From: Mobula birostris
Lineage: Eukaryota
Length of the DNA stretch: 64,000 nt
Assembly: GCF_030028105.1 (NCBI RefSeq)
Contig: NC_092379.1
Span: 24,607,821-24,671,820, forward strand
Direction: 5' to 3'
A model generated the notes under the pieces. It had not been told where the DNA came from. It searched no databases and saw nothing but the letters and a program-made list of their open reading frames with translations. The position numbers and the translations under genes are program-made. Numbering within the stretch: position 1 is the stretch's first letter; each line of letters opens with the position of its first letter. This document shows positions 9,624-22,329 of the stretch, in pieces.

Positions 9624-10523
9624 TGTTACATGCTCAAGGAGATCTGTCTTTTAATTTTTTTTCTTTGTCAGAATAATGTAATGGTCTTTTGGAGGTCACG
9701 TGATGTCATTTTCCTGCAGGTATGAGGACACGTGATGACATGTGCACCATGAGTATATAAGGGAAGATTCCAGGTGATCTCGTTGGTTTTTAGTTTCTAG
9801 ATTAATAGGTAGAACGTACTGTGTCTCCGTTTCTGTTGCGTGTCCGTGACACAGTTTCATTTTTAGAACGGTTGTACGTTCTGTTGCAAGATAACATATT
9901 ATTGGACTGGATTTTTTTTTGCTAGATGTACTGATTTACTCAATTCCGACAGTGAGAAGGGAGAGTGAAGACTTCATCGAAGTACAGGATCGAAGGATCG
10001 AGAGGAGTCGGCATCGTTCGGCAGTTTAACAAAGGATCGACCTTTATTGAGTCTTCGTTGGCGGAGTAGCAAACTGCATCGGAGGTAACTCTTGCCAAAA
10101 AGAGCAGGAGTTCATGCAAAGGTTTGCTCTCTCTCGAAAATAATTTAAAGTCAGTTGTTTTAAACTGTTTATTTTCAGCATCGTGAATCCTGTTGTCAGA
10201 ACCAGCAGGGAAGTCGCGTTTGAAGAAGTCCTTCTCCAGAGAAGTATCTACGAATTGAACGCATAAATCTGTTGGACTGTCGAATTTATCGCTTTAAGAA
10301 CTATATCTGACTTTATCGCTTTAAGAACTGTCTCAGCATTTAACGGTTTAAAAAAAAAACAGTGCCGAGTGACGAGTAGTTAAACGGCTGCATATTGGTT
10401 AACTTCCGGTGAAAGCTTTCGATTGTCTTTTTTTTTCCTTATCGTTTATCCGTGTTTAATAAATGTTTGATTGTTTTTATACAACCTGTCTCGTTTGATA
10501 TTCATTGATGCCGGTTACCTACA
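9624..10523 (+). repeat. 5' LTR of the Gypsy element
   Basis: TGTTACATGCTCAAGG...TACA, a direct repeat of 14888-15789. It is followed by PBS-like TGGCGGCTCGT (10531-10541), against tRNA-Pro PBS TGGGGGCTCGT. Confidence 0.88.
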
Positions 10524-10639
10524 TAATCCGTGGCGGCTCGTTAGGTGATGTTCTCATTTTGAGTTTAGGTGCTGGTAATTGCCGTTTTAATTTGGAAAAG
10601 GGAAATATCCGAGTTGTTATTTTTTTATGGTTTGATTGG

Positions 10640-11970
10640 TGTGTGTTGTATTCGGCAACAATGCATATTGACCGGTTTATGGAGACGCCTGACTCGGGGT
10701 CTTCAAAGAATGCGACAAAACCTGATTTATTGGAGATTGCTAGGAGGTTGGATATTAAAGGAATTACGAGAAATTCCACCAAGGCTTTCAAACAAAGACA
10801 AATCACTGAATATTATATTAATCTGGAACTGTTTGATACTGAGGTGTTAGATAAGTTTCCAATGGGTAATCTGGAAATACAGTTACATCTTGAGCAGTTA
10901 AAGTTTGAAAGATTTAAAGTGGAAATGGCCAAATGAGAGGCTCATAAAATAAGAGAATTTACGGAAACGAGAGCTGAAAACCAGAGAAAATTCGAGCTAG
11001 GGATGCAGAAATTAAAGTCCGGGAGTCAGTCCTATAAACAGTTTATTGCTGGTCGTGAGGTTATTTTGGCTCCTCCATTTAGTGAAGCTGATGTAGACAC
11101 ATATTTCCAACTTTTCGAAAGAGTTGCTCTGAGTTTAAAGTGGCCGAAAGACCAATGGCAAGAGATGTTACAAAGTGTAATTAAAGGCAAGGCACAACAA
11201 CTTTCTACAGCTTTACATGCTGAGCAAATACTGATTTATGATATTGTTAAGCAGCACATATTAAACGCATATGAGATGGTTACTGAAGCGTATAGAGAAC
11301 GATTCAGAAATTTGAAGAAATCGGTGGAAAAGACTTATGTGGAATTTGCCTACGAGAAATCTGTGTGTTTTGAGAGATGTTTTTCCTCTAAAAATGTGAA
11401 TGTGGAGAATAATAAATTAAAAGATTTTGCAGGAGGAATTTAAAAGAAGCATCCCTGTTGAAGTGAGAACATAGGTAAATGAACGGGACACTGGTACATT
11501 GCAGGAAATTGCTAAATTAGCTGATTAATATGTTTTAATTCACAAGAACAAATTTTCTCCAGGTAAAATTTTTAAGAGGACAAATAGCACAGAGAGTCAA
11601 GGTAAACCAGAAATTAAATCTGAAGTTAGTGAAAAAAAAAGTAAGGATGAAGGGAGGCAGTGTAAGGAAAGGCATTTTGGTATTATTTGTAATTATTGTA
11701 AGGAACCTGGACATGTAGCAGCTATTTGCTTTCGATTGAAACGGAAAGAGAAAGAAGCGGTCCCAGATGCTTGTGTGCAGCAAATTGAAAATGTATAAAG
11801 CCACAGGGTTTAGAGAATACTAATGACGATGTGTCAGAGTCTGAACAAGCTAAGAAGGTATATGACGATTTTATAACAGAAGGATTAGTATCCTTGAATG
11901 ACTGATTGAATGCAGTACAGATCAGAATACTTAGAGATACTGGAGCTTCGCAATCACTAGTATTAGACAG
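10640..11970 (+). pseudogene. gag: Gypsy gag and protease remnants
   Basis: APPFSEADVDTYFQLFERVA...WPKDQW (SCAN-like capsid), zinc knuckle CNYCKEPGHVAAIC (11688-11729) and protease motif LRDTGASQ (about 11930-11955). Confidence 0.8.
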
Positions 11971-12539
11971 TGTGCTAAGGTTTAGTGATTAACCTGACAC
12001 TGATGAGGTAAATTATATAAGACGAGCAGGGAGTGTCCTTATGCCAGTACATTTACATGGAGTAAACTTAAGGTCTGGTCTAGTTACAGGGGTTGATAAA
12101 GTAGGACTACAATCCAGTTTACCTGCGAATGATGTTTCTCCTTTGTTAGGGAATGATTTAGCAGGTGGACAAGTTTTTCCTGAAGTGCGTTTCACAATAA
12201 ATTCCAATTCTGAGGAAGCACAGAGGAATTCTAACAGAGATTCTTCCTGCGTTGTAACAAGAGCTATGGCTAAAAGGACTGATGTAAAGGATGAGGTTGT
12301 TACTCATGACAGTTCAAATCAAGATTCGAATTTTGAGGATGTATCAGAAACTTTCTTACCTACCTTATTTGATCAGGATTTTCTTGGTAAGTATGATGAG
12401 GAAGATTTGTCTTTATCTCAGAAGGAGATGATAGCAGAGCAGGGGCGAAATCCTGAGATAGTTAAATTAAAAGAACAAGCTCATCCAGATAGTAAAATTG
12501 AAAATAAATAAATAAATAAAAGTACTAGTTAGATATTAT

Positions 12540-13760
12540 TTGGAACAGGGGGCTTTAATGAGAAAGTGGAGATCGCCTACAATTCCTGCTAGAGAGGAAT
12601 GGGATGTTAAGCATCAGGTAGTTGTTCCTAAAATTTACCGAAATGAGATGATAACTATGGCTCATAGTACTCCTTTAGGTAAACATTTAGGTGTAAAGAA
12701 AACTATCAGCAAAGTTTCTAAACATGTGTATTGGCCTAATTTAGGACAAGATGTGGCGTCATTTTGTAGAACTTGTCATACATGTCAGATTGTGAGTAAA
12801 CCGAATCAGGCTACTCCAGTGGCCCCACTGCAACCAATTCTAGAACTTGGTGAGCCGTTCTCAAAAGTCATTGTAGACTGTGTAGGTCCTTTGCCAAAAA
12901 CTAAAATTGGACATCAATATTTATTAACGATTATGTGCACAGCGTCCAGCTTTCCAGAGGCAGTACCTCTTATGAATGTAACAGCCAAAACTGTGATAAA
13001 GGCTGTTATAACATTATTTACTTATTTTGGGTTGCCTAAGGAAATACAATCAGGTCAAGGTAGTAATTTTAGGTCGGGGTTGTTTCAGCTGACAGTTTAT
13101 AAACTGGGAGAAAAACAGAATATTTCCTCAGCCTATCATCCAGAATCACAGGGAGCCTGGAAGTGATTAAATTTTCGACTGAAAACTATGACTAGGCCAT
13201 ATTACGTTGAAAATGAAAAGGACTGGGATGATGTTCTATATTTACTACTTTTTGCAGTAAGGAAGGCAGTACAGGAATCATTAGGTTTTAGATCTTTTGA
13301 ACTTGTGTTTGGGCATAGAGTTCGAGGATCTTTGGTCTGTTGAAGAAACAGTGGATTAATAAAGAAGTACACACTAATTTGCTAGATTATGTTTTGAAAT
13401 TTAAAGAAAGATGGTATAAAGATTGTCGTTTGGCCAAGGAAGATTTAAAGTTGGCTCAAGAGAAGGTGAAGACTTGGTACGATAAGGAAGCTTGAATGAG
13501 GTCATTTAAGCCTGGAGATAAGGTGTCGGTTCTTTTCCCAGTGTAAAAAAAAAACATTGCAAGCCAAATTCCATGGTCCTTATGAGATTAAATCTAAGGT
13601 GAGTGGTGTGGATTGTGTGGTGAATACCGCAGATCGGAGAAAGACAACACAGCTGTGTCATATAAATATGTTAAAACCGTATTATGACAGAGAGGTTGCT
13701 ACCATGACTGTTGTGTTCAATAATGAGTCTGACCTTGATGATAACTTACTAGAGAATTCA
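12540..13760 (+). pseudogene. Gypsy integrase remnant, upstream of RT
   Basis: HHCC region (AHSTPLGKHLG...CRTCHTCQ) and rve core (VIVDCVGPLP...EIQSGQGSNF...YHPESQGA), with stops and frameshifts. Confidence 0.85.
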
Positions 13761-13879
13761 TCTTAAACTCATTTTAAAGCCGACATTATTTCAGCCAGGT
13801 TACCAATTTCAAAAATTCAAGAATATATTGCTGAAAAATGAAATAATTTACAGCCAGAGCAGAGAGAGCAGATGAGACA

Positions 13880-14690
13880 TTTATTTATTTATTTTGAATA
13901 CACAGATTTATTTCCAGACGTCCCTAGAAGAACCACAGTAGCAACACATGAAGTAGATGTTGGAGATGCAAAACCCATAAAAAACAACATCCACATCGAA
14001 TGAACAGGAAAAAAATGTGAACGTTCTGAAGATGAAATTATGTATATATTACAGAAAAATATTATTAGACATTCTAATTCGAATTGAAATTCACCGAGTG
14101 TTATTGTGCCTAAGCCAGACATTACTATTACGTTGTCTACAGAATACAGAAAGGTGAATGCTGTGACAAAAAACTGATGCATATCCAAACCCTAGGGTGG
14201 ATAATTGTGTGGATAAAGTTGGCCAGGCGAAATTACTTGCACAAATTAATTTGTTAATAGGTTTGTTGGTGTGTTCCATTGACGGATAGAGATAGAGAGA
14301 TTTCAACATTTGTAACAACATCTGGGTTATATGAATATAATGTTCTTCCATTTGGAATGAAGAATGCACCAGGTACTTTTCAGAGGATAATTAATAGCAT
14401 GATTCAGGGATTAAAATATACATATGCCTATATTGATGATTTAGCTACAGGAAATAATACTTGGAAAACACATATTACTGTGGTGGAGAAATTATTTGAG
14501 AGACTTTCAGAAGCTAACTTAACTATTAGCCTAGCTGTAAGCGAATTTGGTCATGCTACTGTGAGAGTTAGGAAAAAAGGGTTAAAGAAATTAGACTCCA
14601 ATTTAATAACACGGCCTAATGTTACAGGAGTAGAGCATTTTGATGATTCATATTAAAGGGTAAAGATAAAGTAATCACTGATTGTCTAGA
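13880..14690 (+). pseudogene. Gypsy RT remnant with RNase H largely deleted
   Basis: LYEYNVLPFGMKNAPGTFQR and YAYIDDL motifs. The sequence then jumps to the RNase H C-terminal KGKDKVITDCL motif. Confidence 0.82.
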
Positions 14691-14887
14691 TGTTAAATGT
14701 ACAATTAAAATTTGTTTTTTTTTGGAGTTGTATTTTAACATTTGTAACACTCCTACTGTACATTAGTTTGTAAAGGGCTGAAAGATAACATTGTATATAT
14801 TGTGTATTTTGTAAACAGTTTACCTTTGTATTTTTGTGTAAATTGTTAAAACCTTGTTCTTTAAGAGACCATTTTTTAGGAGGGAGG

Positions 14888-15789
14888 TGTTACATGCTCA
14901 AGGAGATATCTCTTTTTTTTTGTCCGAATGATGTAATGGTCTTTTGGAGGTCATCTGATGTGATTTTCCTGCCGATGTGAGGTCACGTGATGACATGTGC
15001 ACCATGGGTACGTAAGGGAAGACTTCAGGTGACGCAGTTGGTTTTTAGTTTGTAGTTTTCCCAGTAGAACGTGCTGTGTCTCCGTTTCACTTGCTTTTTT
15101 TTTTTTTTTTGTGAACGCAGTTTCATTTTTAAAACGGTTGTGCGTTCTGTTCCAAGATAACATATTATTGGACTGGAATATTTTGCTAGATCTGCTAATT
15201 TACTAATTTCCAGCCGTTAGAAGGGAGAGTGAAGACTTTATCGAAGTACAGCATCGAAGGATCGAGAAGAATCGGCATCGTTCGGCAGTTTAACAAAGGA
15301 TCGACCTTTATTGAGTCTTCGTTGGCAGAGTAGCAACCTGTATTGTGGATAACTTTTGCCAAAAAGAGCAAGGAGTTCATTGAAAGGTTTTCTCTCTTTC
15401 GTTAAAGAAATTTAGAGTCAGTTGTTTTAAGATATTTATTTTCGTCATCGTGAATCATGTGGACAGAACCAGCAGGAATGTCGCGTCTCTGAAGAAACCC
15501 TCCTCCAGTGAAGTCTCTCCCAATTGAACGTATAAATCTGTTAGATTTTCGAATTTATCGCTTTAAAAAGTATACCTGACTATATCGCTTTAAGAACGGT
15601 TTTTGCATTTAACGTTTTAAGAAACCAGTGCCGAGTGACGAGTTGTTGAACGGCTGCATTGTGGTTAACTTCCGGTTAAAATTCCGTTTGTTTTCTTTTT
15701 CCTTATCGTTTATCCGTGTTTAATAAAGGTTTTTTTTTTTTTTTTAATAACCTGTCTCCGTTGATAGTCATTGTTCCCGTAACGTAACA
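14888..15789 (+). repeat. 3' LTR of the Gypsy element
   Basis: TGTTACATGCTCAAGG...CGTAACA, preceded by the polypurine tract AGGAGGGAGG. Confidence 0.88.
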
Positions 15790-17567
15790 CCAGATTACAA
15801 GGGAGAAAAGTAGAGACTTATGAGAATAACCCCAGGACATATATATTTATTGTACGTGGAGAGGCTTATGTCTCTTTGGATTAGAACAATGATCCGAATC
15901 CCATTGTAACAAAAACAGCAAAAGTGTACTGAGTATAGTGGACGTGCGGAGGATAGGTCCAGCAGCGGGAGAGTGGAGTCTCAGAGGTACTGAACCTCAG
16001 AAAAAAAAAAAAAAAGAAATGGCCTGTATTACAGTGGAAACATTTTTGCCAGATTGTATATGTGTGGGATTCCTTGCCACAGTCTGTTGGGGAGGACATG
16101 CACGGTAAATATCTTCTCAAGTCGTAAGTGTGTCAGAGTGTGGACGGAGTTGCTGGGAGAACAGTGAAATTTTATAATAAATACACTACGATCCAGTGGC
16201 AGAGCCAATGTCGAGAGGTCAAATAGCCAAAATTTTCTTTATGGTCTGACGGCCAGATCCTTTACATACCTCTAAGACACGCTTTAATATACCATACTTT
16301 TCATTAGTTCGATGGACAGACTCACACACACGAGAAAAGGATAATAGGTATTGTTGATAATTATTGAGGGCTGGGAGTATTAGCAAGTGAATTTTGTTGA
16401 GAAATTCTGAACTTTTGGAGGTTGTTAATGTTTGAATCTTTTACTTAATTGCGCTGAGTTCAAATGCTTCAATGTATTGGATAATAGGGAGGTCATACTT
16501 GTTGGTGCAGTCGCGTAACCACGTGTGTGTCGTTCTGTAGGATTTGTCAGCTTACTTCCTTCACTATTTGACACAGTCTGCAGCATATTTGGTCCTCGGC
16601 AGCACAGAAACTGAACCTCGCGGCGATAATCGCGAAGATCAAGAGGCATACGACCCACGGGAGATTGCAAGAGTGGATTTAGAGATCCCTTGCACTCGGA
16701 AGGCATAGCGTGGTCTTGGTTGGAATTTACTATGCCAAGCATTTCAAGAATTACAGATGCTCCTTTAGTAACTGTTTCGAGACCCTCACTCTTTGTGACA
16801 TTAAAAATTACCGTGTGATTTTGTGTAAAGATTTCAATGTGAAAGTAGATAAATTGCATAAAGAATAGCAACGTTTTGTACTGAGTAGAAAGTTGTCAGA
16901 TGTTGCAACGTGATATAGAGAGAATGTAGAGTTGGGTAGACAAATGAGAAATTACATTTTAAATGGAGGTGGGGGGGGGGGAAACTAGTGTGAAATAACC
17001 AACATTAGAAGATTGTACAGGATTATGAGGAGGATTCTTAGAGGCGCAGTGGTACAGATGGATCTCGGCATCCACGTTAGTATGTTGCCCATTGCTGCCA
17101 CGCAAGGGAATTTAAGAAATAACATGGTGTACTGGATAGTGATTTTAAACGCTGCGAGTAGATAGTATGCATCTCGCAAATATCCGGTGAGACAACACGA
17201 GGAGAATCGCGTTAATTTCTGAGTACCTTACTATAGAGAGGATGTCTGAAGTTTAGTGACAGAGCACAAAAAATTACCATGAGGCCTCAAATATTAGAGA
17301 ATGCCTTAAGCGGAAATATTGAAAAAATCTAGAGATTATCATTTTGGAACAACGCTAGTTGACAGTCAACTTAATATAAACGCGTACGACTATGAAAGGC
17401 ACTGATAAGATTTTCCTCAGGGCGGTAATGCCAAACACCAGAAACTTCCGTTTACAGTTACTAGAAGGAAATTTACCGCAGATATCTGAAATATTGTGTT
17501 TTTTTTTCTTTCACAGAGAATAGTGAGTGACTGAAATTCATGCCGGAGATGGTAGAATCTTCATGAT

Positions 17568-18812
17568 AAACACAAACTAATCTGCCGATGCTGTGATCAA
17601 AGAAACACTTTCAGTAGGCTGGATGAACTCAGCAGGTAGGGCAGCATCAGTCAGAAACGATGAGTCGACGTTTCGGGCCGAAACCCTTCGTCAGGACTGA
17701 AGAATGAAAGATGGGGAAGGATTTAAATAATGCCTGTAGCTTCAGTTCAAAAACCAGTAATTTGAAAGGCAAAGGGGTTGGGGATGGGAAGCTTTGACGT
17801 CATAGCCCTGAAAACAATAGGTAGTAGGAGAAGAAAGTGGAACCATGAAGAAGCTGGTGGAGGGGGTAGAGTGAAATAGGGAGAGAGGAAGGGAGGGGAG
17901 GGAATTACCGGAATCTGGAGAATTCTATGTTCATATCGAGGGGCTGCAGACTAGCTGGACGGTATATGAGGTGTTGCTCCTCCAACCTGAGTTTAGCCTC
18001 ATCATGACTGTAGAGGAGGCCATGTTTGGACATATCTGAATGGGAATGGGAAGCAGAGTTGAGGTGGGTGGCTACCGGGAGATCCTGTCTGTTGTGGTGG
18101 ACGGAGTGGAGGTGCTTGACGAAGCAGCGCCCAATTTGCGTCGGGTTTCACCCATGTAGAGGAGGCCGCACCGGGAGCACGGAATGCAATAGATGACCAC
18201 AACAGACTCACAGGTGAAGTGCTGTCACATCTGGAAGGACTATTTGGGCCCCTGAATGATGGCAGGAGATTAAGTGTTGGGACGGGTGTAGCACTTACAC
18301 TTGCAGGGATAAGTTGTAGGAGGGAGATATGTGGGGATGGACGTGTGTATAAGTGAGTCGGGGAGGGACTGATCTCTGCGGAAAGCGGCGACGGATGGAG
18401 AGGGAAAGATGTACTTATTTGTGGGGTCCTGTTGAAGGTGGCGGAAGTTACGGAGGATAATGTACTGGATCCGGAGGCTGGTGGGGTGGTAGGTAAGGAC
18501 AAGGGAATCTCTGTCGCTGTTGTGGTTCCGGCAGGATGGGGTGACTGCCGAAGTGCGGGAAATGGAAGAGATGCAGGTGAGGGCATCATTGATGACGGTA
18601 GAAGGGAAACCACGATCCTTAAAGAAAGAGGACATTTAAGAGATCCTGGAACGGAAAACCTCAACCTCGGAGCAGATGCGGCGGAGACGGAGGAACTGGG
18701 AATAGGGAATGGCATTTTTGCATGTACGGGGTGGGAAGAGATATAGTTGAGGTAATTAAGAGAGTCAGTGGGCTTGTAGAAGAAGAAAGAAAGAAAGAAA
18801 TAAAGAAAGCAA
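17568..18812 (-). mobile_element. Penelope-like element (RT C-terminus and GIY-YIG), 5'-truncated
   Basis: FYKPTDSLNYLNYISSHP, MSSFFKDRGFP, and GIY-YIG-like VIYCIPCSRCGLLYMGETR. A 14-bp TSD is present: AGAATCTTCATGAT (17554-17567) and AGAACCTTCATGAT (18813-18826). (AAGA)n lies at the truncated end. Confidence 0.85.
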
Positions 18813-19361
18813 AGAACCTTCATGATGATATTTAAAAAAAAGATACTACTATGTAGACATATAATAGTGTCTTTGATGAGGGAATGTTTGGATAGATAGT
18901 TTAGTGTTGTAAATTAGTTGCCAGAACAAAGCCCGGCGAAGGGTCCGCAGTGTGTCGTCCTGATTGATATTCTCTGTTTTATGTTCTTTGAGATGGAGAA
19001 CGGCAGATAGTCCGTCGTTTTGTTCTTTCTTAACTCCAAAAGTGTTATCATCAGTTTATCATTTTGCTCATGTTAAGTGCATCTCATTTGTTATAAGAAT
19101 TTTCTTGTTCATGATTTTTTGCAGGACTGGGGGAAACACTTGGTCAGCATTTGTAAATTTGAGGTTGCTCATTAGCTTCTGACAACCAAAAGAAAAATGA
19201 AAGGCCCGGCCACTTATATCATAACTCAAAGGAAGTTCAGCACCGAGCTTCCACAGGTGCATAAATAAATACCCTGTCAATATACTTGAGAAACAAATGA
19301 AACAGTAAAATTATTTTTGAAAATTTATGAGTAGCATCTTACTATAAAATTTTTCTATGTG

Positions 19362-19651
19362 GTTCATATCAAATTACATACTTTGGAATGTGTAGGAGTA
19401 TTGACGTTCTGTACATACTAAGTCCGCTCTATTTCAAATTAATAACACCTCGCATCATTTCAAAACCGGATTCCAATGTTCCTGGCAATATTTGCAGAAT
19501 GCTTTTCCGGAAAAAAAAACGTATAAAATTGTCTTGAATTCAAATAATCGATCTACACAGAAGATTCAAATGAGACATTCCATGGATCTACGATCTTGTA
19601 GAGAAGTGAAATGAGGAAAACATTTTTTTTTTCCAGCAGGGAGGGATAGGT
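19362..19651 (-). pseudogene. Decayed supporting TCR-delta V (cassette B1)
   Basis: Follows an intron homologous to the one preceding the functional supporting V. It has a TTCAG acceptor, the C-x5-C(FC) motif and a remnant RSS CACATAG-23/24-(C)TCATAAAT. There are multiple stops and frameshifts. Confidence 0.65.
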
Positions 19652-21130
19652 CTGAAGAAATGTAAATGACGCATCACAATTAATTCTCTACCGTTACTGG
19701 ATCCGCCATGACTAGGAATAGGTGAAGGTTTCACAAAGGCTGGTTTCGTTCGCAATGTGTAAAAAATGCTATTATTGTCCTTGGCGATTTTTCCAACGAC
19801 ATGCCGAGGTGGAGAAATAATTGGCACCTGGTGCAGGTGGAGAAATTAAATTACTGCACGTAAATGCTAGAAAATGTGAAAATTCACGGAAATAATAATT
19901 AAAATACGGAACATTTATGAACAATCTGCCAGCGCGGGCACCCTGAGAGATGAAAGATCAACCTGTTCCATTGTATAAAATACATTGCTGTAATTATTTT
20001 GTGGGAGAAGGACGAATGAGAAAAAAATGATTGAGAAACAATTTTATTTACAACAACTGATGCACTATCTACAGATTTGTTGCTCTTTAATTTAGCAAAA
20101 TAAGATCCATGAGAGGGGAATGGTTTTCAATGTCTGGGTGTAGAAACTGTGCGGTGAGGTGTACAGGCTTTTAAATTTAATACACCGCGGTGTAAAACTT
20201 CATACCCAGTCCGTGTAAAACACCCTAATGCTAAAGGAACTCAGCAGACCAGCCAACATTGATGGAAAATAGTAAACAGGCGATGTTTCAGGCATAGATA
20301 CATCATCACGATATTCATGTATATACTACCTGACTTGTGAAGAACATTTCGCATTTTCGTTGTATTGCTTGTTTTTTTTAGCATCTGCAGATTTTCTCAT
20401 GTTTCCTTATTTGCAGTGACAGGTCATCATCCGTATTACTTATAGTTCAATCAGTTTTCATATGTGTTTTCTTCCCCCTGATGATGTTTCTTCTACTTTG
20501 GCTACATATGGTACATATGTTATCATCTTAAAATGTTCTGACGGATGTCGCTTGCATTGCAATTTATATGTGGGTGGCAGGCTCATTCGCAACTGGGAGT
20601 CTCCACTGACTAATCACATCTAGAGGTTGTGCATGATAAATAGTGACTTTATCAAGCTTTCGACGTGTAGTTTCAGTGTACCTGCGGAGTCAGTTAGCAC
20701 ACAACATTTCTGAGCAGTTCCGTCAAACTTGATTACACAAAGTGATGACTCAAGATCAGCATTTCTTCTTCTGCCCCCATAACCATTTGCTGGCAACACA
20801 AATGATCGCTCTGCGTCTGCGAACGCACTCTTGCCTCTACTCTTGTAATGCATGGTTACAGAGCTGCGCCGCTTTTATTTAAATTGTACCTTTCCAAAGA
20901 AGAGCTCATTGCTGGCAATACAAACGCATATATATATATTTTTTTTCCAATCTTATAGCATCTGTCTACGAAATCTCAATCAAACTTGAAGGAACAGAGC
21001 CTGATACAGCGGGCAGCGTAGTTTGCGGGCGGCGGAGTGAGCCGGGAGCAGAGTGAAGACTTAAGGGCTTCGGCTCAACGGGCTTAGGCGGAAACGGGCG
21101 AGGCGAAGAAGGTTTGGCATTCATTTTCTG

Positions 21131-22091
21131 TTGTTATTTGAGGAGAGGGGCAGTATGAGTGTGAGGGCAGTTTGCTGTTCTCGGTGTCGGATGTGGGAGG
21201 CCCTGGAGTCTCCAAGCCTCCCGGACATCTATATCTGCGCCAAGTGCATCGAGATGCAGCTCCTAAGGGACCGCGTTACGGGACTGGAGCTGCAGCTCGA
21301 TGACCTTCGTCTGGTCAGGGAGAGTGAGGAGTTGATAGAGAGGAGTTGCAGGCAGGTAGTCACACCGGGGCCATGGGAGGCAGGCAAATGGGTCACGGTT
21401 AGGAGGGGGAAGGGGAAGAGTCAGGTAATAGAGAGTACCCCAGTGGTTGTGCCCCTTAACAATAGGAACTCCTGTTTGAGTGCTGTTGGGGGGGGGCAGC
21501 TTACCCGGGGGAAGCGACAGTGGCCGTGCCTCCGGCACAGGGTCTGGCCCTGTAGCTCAGAAGGGTAGGGCAAGGAAGAGGAGGCCAGTTGTGATAGGGG
21601 ACTCGATAGTAAGGGGGTCAGATAGGCGATTCTGTAGACGCAGTCCAGAGACCTGGATGGTAGCTTGCCTCCCTGGTGCCAGGGTCCGGGATATTTCTGA
21701 TCGTGTTCAAGATATCCTTAAGTGGGAGGGTGGGGAGCCAGAGGTCGTGGTACGTATAGGTACCAATGACATAGGTAGGAAAAGGGATGAGGTCCTGAAC
21801 GGAGAATATAGGGAGCTTGGAAGGGAGTTGAGAAAAAGGACCGCAAAGGTAGTAATCTCGGGATTACTGCCTGTGCCACGCGACAGTGAGAGTAGGAATG
21901 CGATGAGGTGGAGGATAAATGCGTGGCTGAGGGATTGGAGCAGGGAACAGCGAATAAAGTTTTTGGATCATTGGGACCTCTCTTGGCGCAGCAGTGACCT
22001 GTACAAAAAGGGCGGGTTACACTTGAGTCCTAGGGGGACCAATATCCTGGCAGGGAGATTAGCGAGGGCTACTGAGGTGACTTTAAACTAG
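21131..22091 (+). pseudogene. CR1 ORF1 (zinc finger-like region plus SGNH esterase), frameshifted at a poly-G run
   Basis: CSRCRMW...CAKC, then VVIGDSIVRG...CLPGARVRD...GTNDIG...LHL. Confidence 0.88.
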
Positions 22092-22329
22092 AATGGTTGG
22101 GGGGTGGGAATCAAATTAAAGAGGCTAGGCGAGAGGAGGTTAGTTCACAACAGGAGGATGGGAACGAGTGCAGAGAGACAGAGGGGTGTAAAGTGAGGGT
22201 AGAAGAAAAAAGTACTAAGGAGAAAAGTAAAAGTGGTAGGACGACAAATCCAGGGCAAGCATTAAAAAGGGCCACTTTTCAACATAATTGTATAAGGGCT
22301 AAGAGAGTTGTAAAAGACGCCTGAAGGCT

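Larger units (their letters stand above)
9624..15789 (+). mobile_element. Gmr1-like Ty3/Gypsy LTR retrotransposon, degenerate
   Basis: Paired LTRs of about 900 bp, a tRNA-Pro-like PBS and a PPT. The coding order is gag (SCAN-like capsid, CCHC), protease, integrase, RT. There are many stops and frameshifts, and most of RNase H is deleted. Confidence 0.9.

Noticed and set aside
16425-16871. 148-aa minus-strand ORF in the spacer, with faint V-like wording near its end
   Set aside because: The paralog at 39.7 kb gives only 72 aa and the 53-kb paralog gives no listed ORF. There is no Cys/Trp pattern and no RSS.
18002-18823. 273-aa Pro/Ser-rich ORF
   Set aside because: It is an alternative frame of the Penelope-like element. 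The real RT and GIY-YIG motifs are split among frames.
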